64,000 bases of DNA from positions 448,225-512,224 of the forward strand of contig MQUF01000003.1 of NCBI GenBank assembly GCA_001914235.1, read 5' to 3'. How positions within the stretch are numbered: position 1 is the first letter of the stretch; every line of letters starts with the position of its first letter. Under the pieces are notes generated by a model. That model did no database searches. It saw only the letters and a program-made list of their open reading frames with translations, and was not told the origin of the DNA. Origin of the DNA: Desulfobulbaceae bacterium DB1. Its GTDB lineage: Bacteria > Desulfobacterota > Desulfobulbia > Desulfobulbales > SURF-16. Positions 27,100 to 37,265 of this stretch are shown here, in pieces. The translations under genes and the position numbers were made by a program.

Positions 27100-30000
27100 A
27101 TGAAACTAATTACCTTTTCCATTAATGCAGTCGAATTGACGGTAGCCGGCGGCACCACCATTCTGGACGCCGCGGAAAAAATCGGCATACCCATACCAAC
27201 CCTTTGCCGTGTAGCGGACAAATCCGAGGCAGACTGCGGCATCTGCGCAGTGGAATGCGAAGGCAGCGAAGAATTGCTTCGGGCATGCAGCACGCAGGCT
27301 GCAGCCGGCATGGTCATCCGCACGGACACCGAAACGGTGAAGAAATACCGGCAAAAGCAACTGACTCGCCTCGCGGCAACCCATTTCGGCGACTGCAAGG
27401 CTCCCTGCAATCTGACCTGCCCCGGCCAGATTAATGTCCAGGGTTATATCGCCCATGTCGCAAAAGGACAGTATGAAGAGGCGGTTCGCCTGATCATGGA
27501 ACGCAACCCCTTTCCCTTTTCAGTGGGGCGTGTCTGCCCCCGTTTCTGCGAAACCCGCTGCCGGCGCATTCTGGTTGATGAGCCTGTTTCCATCAACCAC
27601 CTGAAACGATTTGTCGCGGACTGGTGCATGGCGAACAAGATTGATCTCAAAATCCGCCGCCGATCGCTGACCGGAAAAAAAGTGGCGGTGGTGGGCGGCG
27701 GCCCGGCGGGGCTCACCGCCGCCTACTTTCTGGCCGAAAAAGGTCACGCGGTTACGGTGTTTGAGGCCAATGACAAACTTGGCGGCATGCTGCGCTATGG
27801 CCTGCCGGAATACAAGATTCCCAAAAAGATCCTGGATTACGAAATCAGCAGCATTCTGCGCCTTGGAATCTCAGTACAGCTCAACCAGCACTGGGGGAGA
27901 GACTTTACCCTGGCAAGCCTGAATGAGCAAGGTTTTGACTCGGTGCTGCTGACCATCGGCACCACCGTTGACCAGCCTCTTGAAATTCCGGGTGCAACCC
28001 TGAACAATGTGCTGCCGGCTACCCGGTTTCTCCACATGGTCAATGAAGAGGTGGGAAGGGATTACGGCCGAAGAGCCGCTGTGATAGGCGGCAACAATGT
28101 GGCCATGGAAACGGCCCGCTGCCTGCTCCGCAACAATGTGGACCAGGTGACCATCATCTATCCCCGGGCGCAGCTCGAGATGCCGGCCAACCAGCGAAAC
28201 ATCCGTGAGGCGGAAAGGGAAGGAGTTCAGTTTCTACTCATGGCCTCCCCCATTCAGATCATGGAAAAAGACGGCGGTCTCGAGCTGGAACTGATCCGCA
28301 TGAAACTGGGAGAGGCTGACGCCAGAGGAATCCGCCTGCCGGTGGCCATCCCCGGATCCGCCAATATTCTCAAGGTGGATACGGTAATCTATGCATTGGG
28401 ACAGTCGGCCTGCGGGGAAGAGGGCATTCCCGGTGACCGGCAGGCGGACGACCTTGAATTCACCCCCGGCAACATTATCAAGGCCAACCCGAGAACCTCG
28501 CTTACCAATCTTGCTGATGTTTATGCCGCAGGCGATGCGACAAGCGGCCCCCGATCCGTCATCCAAGCCGTTGTTTCAGCCCGGCGAGCCGCGGAAAACA
28601 TCCACGCCGCACTTATGGCGGTGAGTAAAGAACCGGCCGACAGCCGTTTTAATTTTTCCCGCGGCCGATCATTTGATGACGTTGACATGCGCAACTTCGA
28701 CGGGGTCAAGGTGCGATTGCGGGAAAAAATGCCGTCACGGCCGCCGGAGCGATGCATCCAGGATTTCGACGAGGTCAAACTCGGTTTCACTGAACAGATG
28801 GCCAGGCGGGAGGCGGCACGATGCCTTTCCTGCGGCTGCACCGCTTTTGACCGGTGCGATTTCAAGCGACTGTGCATCGAAAATTTCGTTGATCCGAACA
28901 AAACCGGCATGGGGACGTCCCCGCGCTACAAAAAGGATCTGTCCCATCCTGTCATTGCGGTTGATCTCGACAAGTGCGTCTTCTGCCGGCGCTGCGTCAA
29001 TTCCTGCCAATACGGGGCCCTGGAGATGTCAGCCGCCTCCCTTGACAACGAAGGCCGGCCCCAGGAAATACGTCTTCGTTTCAATGAAAAATGCACCCAC
29101 TGCGGCCAATGCGTCGACAGCTGCTCAACCGGCGCCCTGAACAAAAAAGACATGTCCGTGCCGATCACGGGCGAAGCGACACGGGAGATACGCACCACCT
29201 GCCCTTACTGCGGGGCCGGCTGCCAGATGCTGCTCAAGGTGAAGGGCAATACCATCATGGAGGTGGAGTCGGAGCCTGATCTGGCACCCAATTACGGCGC
29301 GCTCTGCGTTAAGGGACGCTTTGCCTTTAACTTCATTCATCATCCGGACCGTCTGACTCGCCCGTTGATCAGGCGGAACGGCCAGCTGGTGGAGACCTCC
29401 TGGGAAGAGGCCTTAAATCATGCGGCAAAACGTTTTTTTGATATCAAGGCGATGTATGGCGCGGACGCCATTGCCGGATTTTCCTGCGCCCGGGCAACCA
29501 ACGAAGAAAATTATCTGATGCAGAAATTCATGCGTACAGCGATCGGCACCAACAATATCGATCATTGTGCACGACTTTGACACGCGCCAACCGTGGCCAG
29601 TCTGGCCATCACTTTCGGCAGCGGCGCAATGACAAACTCCATTGCCGATGCAGTCAACGGCAAAACCGATCTCTTTCTGATGATCGGCAGCAATCCCGAC
29701 ACCAGCCATCCCACCATCGGCCTGCGCATCCACCAGGCCGTTGATCGAGGAGCCAAGCTGATCGTCATCGATCCGCGCAAAACAAAACTTGCCGAGCGGG
29801 CCGATCATTGGCTGCGCATTCTTCCCGGTACCGATGTGGCAATGCTGAACGGACTGATGCACATCATCATCGAGGAGGACCTCTGGGACAAGGAGTTTGT
29901 CGCGGAGCGTACCGAAGATTTCGATGAGCTGCGCACCCTGGTGAAAAAATATCCGCCGGAGATGGTGGCCCGCATCACCGGCATCACCGCTGAGCAACTG

Positions 30001-31236
30001 CGCCGTGTGGCCCGCATGTATGCCGCTCCGGGCCGGCACGCCATATACCACGGGATGGGAATCACCCATTACACCACCGGCACCGATCGAGTTAAATCCA
30101 TCGCCAACCTGGCGATGCTCTGCGGCAAGGTCGGGATGGAGGGCGGCGGCTGCAACCCCCTGCGCGGACAGAACAACGTCCAGGGCGCCTGCGACATGGG
30201 CGCCCTGTTCAACACCCTGCCGGGCTACGGCGGGCTGGATGACGACGACCTGTTCGATTGCTACGAAAAACTCTGGAATGTCAAACTGCCGCGGCGTCCC
30301 GGCAAACCCGCCACCGAGGTGTGGGACAACATCATGAAGGGAGACATCCGCGCCCTCTACATCTTCGGGGAGGATCCGGCCATTGCCGACGCCAATATCG
30401 GTCATGTGCGTCAGGCACTGGAGGAAGTCGATTTCCTGGTGGTGCAGGATATTTTTCTCACTGAAACCGCCAAGGCAGCGGACGTGGTGTTTCCTGCCGC
30501 CTGTTTCGCCGAGAAAGACGGCACCTTTGCCTCCACCGAACGGAGGGTGCAGCGGGTGCGCAAAGCGGTGGATCCACCCGGTGATGCGAAACCGGACTGG
30601 CGGATCTTCTGCGAACTGTCCCGTAAGATGGGTTATCCCCTCGAGTACGAAAGCGTTGAGCATATATTTCAGGAAATCGCTTCCATTCTCCCCCAATACC
30701 GGGGTATAAGCTATAAACGGCTTGATACCGTCGGTCTGCAGTGGCCGGTGCCTGATGCGGACCATCCAGGCACCCCGGTGTTGCATATCGGCAATTTCAC
30801 CCGGGGCAAGGGCTTATTTGTTGCCGAGGACTATATCCCGCCGCAGGAACCGGTAAACGATGAGTACCCGTTGCTCTTTACCACCGGCCGCCATTATGCC
30901 CGGTACAACTTCAGCAGCATGACCGGCAAAACCCTGGAGATCGATGATATCGCGCCCGAGGCACTGGCTGAGATCAACCCGAAAGACGCCGAACAGATGG
31001 GAATCAACGAAGGCGACATATTGCGCCTGACATCGCGGCGCGGCGCAGTCACCATCAAGGCGACCATTACCGATCGAACCCAGCAGGGCACCGTTTTCAC
31101 CACCTACAACTACCATGACACGCCGGTCAACCTTCTTACCCTGGATGCACTGGATCGTTTGTCCCGTACCCCGGAATACAAGCTCTGCGCAATCAGAGTA
31201 GAGGTGGTTGAGAAAAAAACATCTTGTGAGAGATAA
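27100..31236 (+). CDS. fdhA: Selenocysteine-containing formate dehydrogenase alpha subunit fused to 2Fe-2S ferredoxin, GltD-like NAD(P)H-FAD oxidoreductase and 4Fe-4S domains (TGA 29578-29580 read as Sec)
   Basis: Track ORFs 27100-29580 and 29593-31236 are in the same frame and are joined by ..[32 protein letters not shown], the FdhF/FdhA Sec motif. N-terminal 2Fe-2S region (CRVADKSEADCGICAVEC). GltD-like dinucleotide folds (VAVVGGGPAGLTAAYFLA, AAVIGGGNVAME). Two CxxCxxCxxxC ferredoxin motifs, then the MopB cluster CPYCGAGC. Confidence 0.9.
29578..29620 (+). promoter_or_regulatory. SECIS element for the FdhA selenocysteine codon
   Basis: Hairpin TGGCC-AGTCT-GGCCA begins 16 nt after the U of UGA. 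G and U sit at positions 23 and 24 from the UGA, the same positions as the SelB-contacted G23/U24 in the E. coli fdhF apical loop. Confidence 0.75.
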
Positions 31237-31283
31237 GTTCCCGCTCATAGCACGAAGCATTTTTTTAACGTGGAGGAAATCAC

Positions 31284-31967
31284 ATGCTGATTCATGACTG
31301 GATGGCAAAGCAGGTTGTCACTGTTGATGAAAACACATCACTGATGCTGGCAACCCGGACAATGAAGGAAAATTCGATACGCCGCCTGCCGGTTGTCTCG
31401 AACGGCAATCTTGTCGGCATCATCACCGACCGGGACGTGAAGGATGCTTCCCCAGCCAAAACAACGACGCTTGATGTGCATGAACTGTACTATCTGATGT
31501 CGGAAATGAAGGTCAAGGACATCATGACGTCCAATCCCATTGTCCTGCACGGACATGAATCATTGGAAAAAGCGGCGGTCATCATGCTTGAGTGCAAAAT
31601 TTCAGGGATACCGGTTGTCGACAACGCAGGACAGATCATCGGTCTGCTCAGTGAAACCGATGTCTTGCGCGGTTTTATCCACAGCACGGGTATCAAGGAC
31701 GGCGCCATGCAGTATGTCTTTGACCTGAAGGATGAACCGGGCGCCGTCACCCATGTGGTCAAGATCCTGCGCGAAAATAATGCCAGGGTCATCAGTGTTC
31801 TGACCTCCTTTGAAGATGCCCCGGAAGGCATTAAAAGGGTGGCTGTCAGGGTTTTGCCGGAAAATATCAATGCCGTCGAAAGTTTATCAAAAATACTCGC
31901 CGAGAAATTTACCGTTGTTTTTCAAGGCAAGGATGAGCTGAAAGACATGCCGACCAGAAAAGCCTAA
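31284..31967 (+). CDS. CBS-pair plus ACT-domain protein (AcuB-like)
   Basis: Two CBS repeats (VVTVDENTSL..RRLPVV..LVGIITDRDV and IVLHGHESL..GIPVVD..IIGLLSETDV), followed by an ACT-like C-terminus. Confidence 0.85.
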   Translation: MLIHDWMAKQVVTVDENTSLMLATRTMKENSIRRLPVVSNGNLVGIITDRDVKDASPAKTTTLDVHELYYLMSEMKVKDIMTSNPIVLHGHESLEKAAVIMLECKISGIPVVDNAGQIIGLLSETDVLRGFIHSTGIKDGAMQYVFDLKDEPGAVTHVVKILRENNARVISVLTSFEDAPEGIKRVAVRVLPENINAVESLSKILAEKFTVVFQGKDELKDMPTRKA

Positions 31968-32223
31968 CACCATCGGTGAAAACAAGGGCCGCGCAACGAT
32001 CAGCCGGCGGCCCCTCAGCTCCTTCCACGCAAACAAGACCGACAATACGGACTGCCTTCCAAGAGACAGCAATTCGCCGCTGCAACATTTCCCTTCTCCT
32101 TGCTGTTTTTTCTCTGCCCGGCAGTGCCGCGGATCTTGACATTTTTCACCTTTTCGACGCACCATGAAAAGAGTGCGAAACAAACACCCAACGCCTGGAA
32201 ATTTCACCCAAAAGGAGAAAACG

Positions 32224-32814
32224 ATGCTGGAAACCGGAATTTTACTCCTCCTGCTTGCCTCAGCCGTTCTCATGGTTATCGTCTTCTACAACCGTCTGAT
32301 AACCTTACGAAACCGCTACAAAAACGCATTTTCCCAGATCGACGTGCAACTGCAGCGCCGTTATGACCTGATCCCCAATCTGGTCGAAACCGCCAAGGTC
32401 TACATGAAGCATGAACGAGAAACGCTGGAGGCTGTCATTACCGCCCGCAACAATGCCTCCTCGGCCGTTCGCCGGGCATCTGCCGACCCGGCCGACGCCA
32501 CGTCAATGCAGGGCCTGTCTTCCGCCGACAACCTGCTGACCGGAGCGTTGAGCAGGCTTTTTGCCCTGGTGGAATCCTATCCCGACCTCAAGGCCAACCA
32601 GAACATGATGCAGCTTCATGAAGAGCTCAGCTCCACGGAAAACAGGGTTGCCTTTGCCCGTCAGGCATTCAACGATTCGGTCATGCAGTACAACACGGCG
32701 CGAGAACAGATTCCGGTGAATATCATTGCCATCCTGTTCGGCTTTGCCGAAGCGCCGCTGTTTGCAGCAGATGAGCCGGAAACCAGGAAAGCCCCGAAAG
32801 TCTCCTTCACCTGA
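32224..32814 (+). CDS. lemA: LemA family protein
   Basis: AAAAGGAGA RBS and one N-terminal TM. YNRLITLRNRYKNAFSQIDVQLQRRYDLIPNLVETAK is the LemA signature. Confidence 0.9.
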   Translation: MLETGILLLLLASAVLMVIVFYNRLITLRNRYKNAFSQIDVQLQRRYDLIPNLVETAKVYMKHERETLEAVITARNNASSAVRRASADPADATSMQGLSSADNLLTGALSRLFALVESYPDLKANQNMMQLHEELSSTENRVAFARQAFNDSVMQYNTAREQIPVNIIAILFGFAEAPLFAADEPETRKAPKVSFT

Positions 32815-32833
32815 GGCAAACCGATTCACGTCC

Positions 32834-34822
32834 ATGCTTGATTTTTTTGAACGCCAGGAGTCCGCGCGCCGCAATACCTTTCTTCTGCTTTTTCTTTTCT
32901 TTCTGGCAGTGGTGGTGATCGTCGGCGTCGTTCACTGGAGCGTCGCGCTTTTTCTGCTCTTTACCCCGCGCTATGCCATGACCGCACAGTCATTCGGCAG
33001 CCTGTTGACTGACCCGGACATCTCTCTTGTCACCATACCATCCGTCCTGCTCCTGATCTTTATCGGCAATGCCTATAAGTTCTTCACCCTGCGCCGGGGT
33101 GGAAGCGATATCGCCCTGCGCCTCGGCGGCCGGCTCGTCCTGCCGGACACAAGGGATCAACGGGAACAACGGTTGCTGCATGTGGTCGAGGAAATGGCCC
33201 TGGCCTCAGGACTTCCGGTTCCCCTTGTTTATGTGCTTGACCGGGAAAGCGGCATCAATGCCTTTGCCGCGGGCTTTACTCCGGCCGATGCGGTCATTGC
33301 CGTCACCGACGGCGCGCTGGCCCTGCTCAACCGCGATGAACTGCAAGGGGTCGTGGCCCATGAATTCAGCCATATCCGCAACGGCGACATGCTGCTCAAT
33401 ATTCGACTCATCGGCATCGTGCACGGCATCCTGCTTCTTCATCTTGCCGGCGGGTTTATCCTGCGGAGCTTTGAAACAAACCTTTTTAACAAACGAAGGC
33501 AAAACGGGGCAATCATTATGGCGGTCGGGTTTCTCCTCTATGCTCTCGGCTTCATCGGCGGGCTGCTGGCCAAACTGATCAAAATGGCCGTATCACGCCA
33601 GCGGGAATACCTGAGCGATGCCTCGGCGGTCCAGTTTACCAGAAATCCCCTCGGCCTTGCCTCGGCGCTGAAAAAGATCGGCGGCCTGACGCTTGGATCA
33701 AACCTGCGCCATCCCTTGGCTGAAGAGGCAAGCCACATGTTTTTCGGCAACGGCCTGGGCGACAGCCTGCTCGATATTTTCTCCACCCACCCGCCTCTTG
33801 CCAAAAGAATCCTTTTGCTTGATCCCGCCTTTGACGGCACATTTCCCCGAGTCAAACGGATTGTCGAGGAGATACCCGTTGCCGTGAAAAGGGCCGCGCC
33901 TCCGCCGCCGATGGCGCAGTCGGCAATTGCGTCCGCGGGAAACCTTGCCGGGGCCGCGGTTCCCGCCAATGTTTCAGCCGCGGCGGAACCGCATTCTCAA
34001 TCGCCAAACCACACCCCGGAACAGGTGATCGACCATCACATGCGGGAACGACGAAAAATGCTTGCGACCATACCGGAAATTGTCCGCAAGGCCTGCCGTG
34101 ACAACTACGGTGCCCAGGCAGTGGTGCTGAACCTCCTCTTCAGCCCGGAAGAAACGGTGCGGACTGCGCAATGGGAACTCGTCAGAAACTTTGCCGACCT
34201 TAAACTCGTCAAGGAAACGGAAAGACTCTTCCCCCTATTAACCACTGTTTCCAGATCAACACGGCTGCCGCTGATCGATCTCTCGCTGCCTGCCCTCAGA
34301 CTGCTCGACGAAAAGCAATACCGGGAATTCAGAAAACTTGAAAAGCACCTTGCCGACGCCGACCAGAAAACCGATCTTTTTGAATACATGCTGCATCGTG
34401 TCCTGGTGAGCCACCTGGAGCAGAATTTCGCCGCGCACCAGCCAAATGATGGGCAAAACGAACCAAAGGGGAATTTTGCCTGGGCATGCTCGATCGTCTT
34501 TACCCTCCTGGCGAAACACAGTTATAATAATGACGGGCAAGAAGCACGGGCCGCCTTTGACAGGACCGTATCTCGCATTGCCGCAGGCAAGCGGGACGGA
34601 ATTATTTTTCTGGCCGATCCCCGCTTGCATCCCCTCCGGGATTTTGATCGTGCCCTGCGGATCCTGGCGGAAACGGGACTAAGCAGCCGAAAAAATCTGC
34701 TTGCCGCCTGCCTGGAATGTATCACCAGGGACGGCCGAATCAGTTCGCAAGAGGCGGAACTGTTTCGCGCCATCGGCGAAGGACTGCATTGTCCGATACC
34801 AGCGCAACTCATTGCCTGCTGA
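32834..34822 (+). CDS. M48-family Zn metallopeptidase (HtpX-like) with a long C-terminal extension
   Basis: N-terminal TM segments and HEFSHIRNGD (HExxH). The ~330-aa C-terminal region is of unknown function. It directly follows lemA. Confidence 0.85.
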   Translation: MLDFFERQESARRNTFLLLFLFFLAVVVIVGVVHWSVALFLLFTPRYAMTAQSFGSLLTDPDISLVTIPSVLLLIFIGNAYKFFTLRRGGSDIALRLGGRLVLPDTRDQREQRLLHVVEEMALASGLPVPLVYVLDRESGINAFAAGFTPADAVIAVTDGALALLNRDELQGVVAHEFSHIRNGDMLLNIRLIGIVHGILLLHLAGGFILRSFETNLFNKRRQNGAIIMAVGFLLYALGFIGGLLAKLIKMAVSRQREYLSDASAVQFTRNPLGLASALKKIGGLTLGSNLRHPLAEEASHMFFGNGLGDSLLDIFSTHPPLAKRILLLDPAFDGTFPRVKRIVEEIPVAVKRAAPPPPMAQSAIASAGNLAGAAVPANVSAAAEPHSQSPNHTPEQVIDHHMRERRKMLATIPEIVRKACRDNYGAQAVVLNLLFSPEETVRTAQWELVRNFADLKLVKETERLFPLLTTVSRSTRLPLIDLSLPALRLLDEKQYREFRKLEKHLADADQKTDLFEYMLHRVLVSHLEQNFAAHQPNDGQNEPKGNFAWACSIVFTLLAKHSYNNDGQEARAAFDRTVSRIAAGKRDGIIFLADPRLHPLRDFDRALRILAETGLSSRKNLLAACLECITRDGRISSQEAELFRAIGEGLHCPIPAQLIAC

Positions 34823-34845
34823 CAAAAAACAAGAAGGAACATGGT

Positions 34846-35334
34846 ATGAAAAAATACTCGGCAATCTTTTTCCTGCTGTACACGCTTCTTTTCCAGGCAG
34901 CGCCCCTTTTCGCGGCAAGCGAAAATTCCGTTGAGCCGGAGCCGGAGCCGCCCTCTGCGCCCCTGCAACAGATCCTGCCGCCAACCATTGATGCCGACAA
35001 AGAAAAATTGCGGCAAGACGCACGGGAACTCAGCCGGAACTTCCGCCAACTGTTTACCAACCTTTCATCCCTCAGCATGAAACTGGCCAAATCCGTGGTG
35101 GACTATATTGCGGAGTGGATAGAAATCAATTATGAAAAACTGACCGAGGAAAAACAGGAAAAACTGCGGCAATTTCTGAAAAAAATGCAAAACGAATACA
35201 GCAGTATGAAAGACATGTCGGCTCAGACCATGCAGAAATTCCTGGAAGATTTTCGCGACTTGCTCGAACAGCTCGAAACGCCGGACGACCCTCTTCCTGC
35301 CGGTAATGGACCGGAAAACATGGAGCGCATATAA
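34846..35334 (+). CDS. Hypothetical secreted helical protein
   Basis: Signal peptide MKKYSAIFFLLYTLLFQAAPLFAASE, followed by a charged, helical sequence. Confidence 0.55.
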   Translation: MKKYSAIFFLLYTLLFQAAPLFAASENSVEPEPEPPSAPLQQILPPTIDADKEKLRQDARELSRNFRQLFTNLSSLSMKLAKSVVDYIAEWIEINYEKLTEEKQEKLRQFLKKMQNEYSSMKDMSAQTMQKFLEDFRDLLEQLETPDDPLPAGNGPENMERI

Positions 35335-35393
35335 ATCCGACTCCTTTCGCCGGTTGTCTGCCCGCCCGGCCACTGACGCCCCAAAAAAAACGC

Positions 35394-36170
35394 ATGAAAT
35401 CGCCCGCCATGAAAAATCCGGCCTTGCCGCTTCGAGTTCTGCTCCTGCAGGCACTCTTCATCCTTGCTTTCCCGACCCTATCCAGCACCGCGCCACCCCC
35501 TTTTTTTCCCCATGGAGAAAAACTCACCTTTCAGATACGCTGGAGTTTTCTGCTGGCCGGGCACGCCACCCTTGAGGTGCGGCAAGGAGAAATAATAGAC
35601 GGAGAAACGGCCAGCCACTTTGTCATGACGACCCGCACAACCCCTTTTATCGACACCTTTTACAAGGTGCGCGACGTGATTGAATCCTACACCAGCCAGG
35701 ATATGCACCACTCCCTGCGCTACATCAAGAAACAACAGGGCAAAACAAAACGGGATATCATCGTCACCTTTGACTGGAAAAAAAACCAGGCCCGCTATGC
35801 AAACTTCGGCAAGCCGAAAACACCCATTCCCATTCCTCCGGGCACCATCGACCCCCTGGCCGCTCTTTATTTCATTCGCCAGTCGGATTTCAACCACGGG
35901 CCACTGATCGAGCGTCCCGTGACAGACGGAAAATACAACGAAATCGGCAAAGCAAAGATCCTGCGCCGCGAAGAAGTCCATGTTCCCGCCGGAATCTTTC
36001 AAACTATCGTCGTTCAACCAAACCTCGCCAAGGTGCGTGGCGTTTTCGAAAAAGACAAGAATTCAAGCATGTTGCTCTGGATTACCGATGACCGGAGCCG
36101 CCGGCTGGTCAAGGTAGCAAGCAAGGTTAAGGTGGGAAGTTTCGTGGCGGAACTGATCGCTTCAGAATAA
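35394..36170 (+). CDS. DUF3108 domain protein
   Basis: Signal peptide, then FPHGEKLTFQIRWSFLLAGHATLEV.. and the ..FYKVRDVIESY.. pattern typical of DUF3108. Confidence 0.7.
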   Translation: MKSPAMKNPALPLRVLLLQALFILAFPTLSSTAPPPFFPHGEKLTFQIRWSFLLAGHATLEVRQGEIIDGETASHFVMTTRTTPFIDTFYKVRDVIESYTSQDMHHSLRYIKKQQGKTKRDIIVTFDWKKNQARYANFGKPKTPIPIPPGTIDPLAALYFIRQSDFNHGPLIERPVTDGKYNEIGKAKILRREEVHVPAGIFQTIVVQPNLAKVRGVFEKDKNSSMLLWITDDRSRRLVKVASKVKVGSFVAELIASE

Positions 36171-36260
36171 ATTTGACTCTGATTGACATTTTCCCCCTGA
36201 ATCATTAAAATAGTAAATATAGTAATTTTTCTTCATGTTTTTCCATTCAGGGAGGCGGTT

Positions 36261-36866
36261 ATGCAGGTCAACAACAAGCCATCCAATATTCCTTTCAAAA
36301 CTCCCGCCGAGGTTGACGGACAGAACAGGCTGCAAACACGTCAGGCTGCGGCAGGACAAACGCAGCAGACTCAAATCCTTGCCTCCGGGGACAAGCTGTC
36401 CATTTCCGGCGAGGCAAAGGCATTAAGCAACAACCAGAATGCCGCCTATGACGCAACCACCCCGGCACGGAACCAGACGCAGGTGCGGGCGCGGACAAAT
36501 GCGGCGGATGTTGCCGATAACAGCAGCAACACCGCAGCCCAGCTCCGAACCGCGCAAGAGCAGACAATGCGGATGAATCAGCCCCCTGCGCCACCCGAAC
36601 AGCCCTCGGAAACGGCGGCAAGCCGACCGGAACCGACCAGCAACGGCCAAACCGCCCCGTCGGCGCCGCCAAATACCTTAGCGCCCTCCGCCCCGGAGAG
36701 CACGGCACCTGCAACCGCAACCCAGCGCCCGGAGCCCGCTGCTCCCCCGATCCAGACCCTGCCCCCGCAGAGCATGAATACGGCCCAGAAAGCGGCGCAG
36801 GAAAGCCCGATATCCGCTGCGGGCGGTATGGCTGCAGGACCATATAATATCAACCTCACGGTTTAG
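36261..36866 (+). CDS. Hypothetical low-complexity (Ala/Pro/Gln/Thr-rich) protein
   Basis: GGAGG RBS before the ATG. 201 aa, largely low complexity. Followed by a strong terminator. Confidence 0.45.
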   Translation: MQVNNKPSNIPFKTPAEVDGQNRLQTRQAAAGQTQQTQILASGDKLSISGEAKALSNNQNAAYDATTPARNQTQVRARTNAADVADNSSNTAAQLRTAQEQTMRMNQPPAPPEQPSETAASRPEPTSNGQTAPSAPPNTLAPSAPESTAPATATQRPEPAAPPIQTLPPQSMNTAQKAAQESPISAAGGMAAGPYNINLTV

Positions 36867-36890
36867 ATTTAATCGCTCCTCTTTCCGACG

Positions 36891-36931
36891 GCAGCAGCCT
36901 CCAGCATGATGGACGGCTGCTGTTTTTTTTT
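36891..36931 (+). terminator. Intrinsic terminator
   Basis: CAGCAGCC / GGCTGCTG stem followed by T9. Confidence 0.8.
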
Positions 36932-37265
36932 GCCCTCCCAGCCCCATGCGATAATTTATCCTATGGCAAGACGTTTCGAGTCAATGATTGCCGACCAGGC
37001 CCTTTATTCGGCCAAATACAAGGGGAGAAACCAGGTAGTTTCATTTTCGAGTGCAAGCCGGCCTTCGAAGTGAAGCGCACTTGAAGCACTTCCCGCCTTT
37101 TTCCATCTCCTCCCTCGGCTATCATGCCGCTTCTCCTCAAACCGAACAAAATTGTTCGCGCCGAACTCGTTTTGCCGAAAAAGAAATGGGACAAACGACC
37201 ACCCCGTGGTACAATCCCGGCGACAAACGGTCTTTCTGCAAACAACCCCATGAACACACTGTAAA

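Noticed and set aside
36261-36866. Possible FlgM-like anti-sigma factor, because of GDKLSISGEAKAL.
   Set aside because: The motif is at the wrong end of the protein, the rest is low complexity, and no flagellar genes are nearby.
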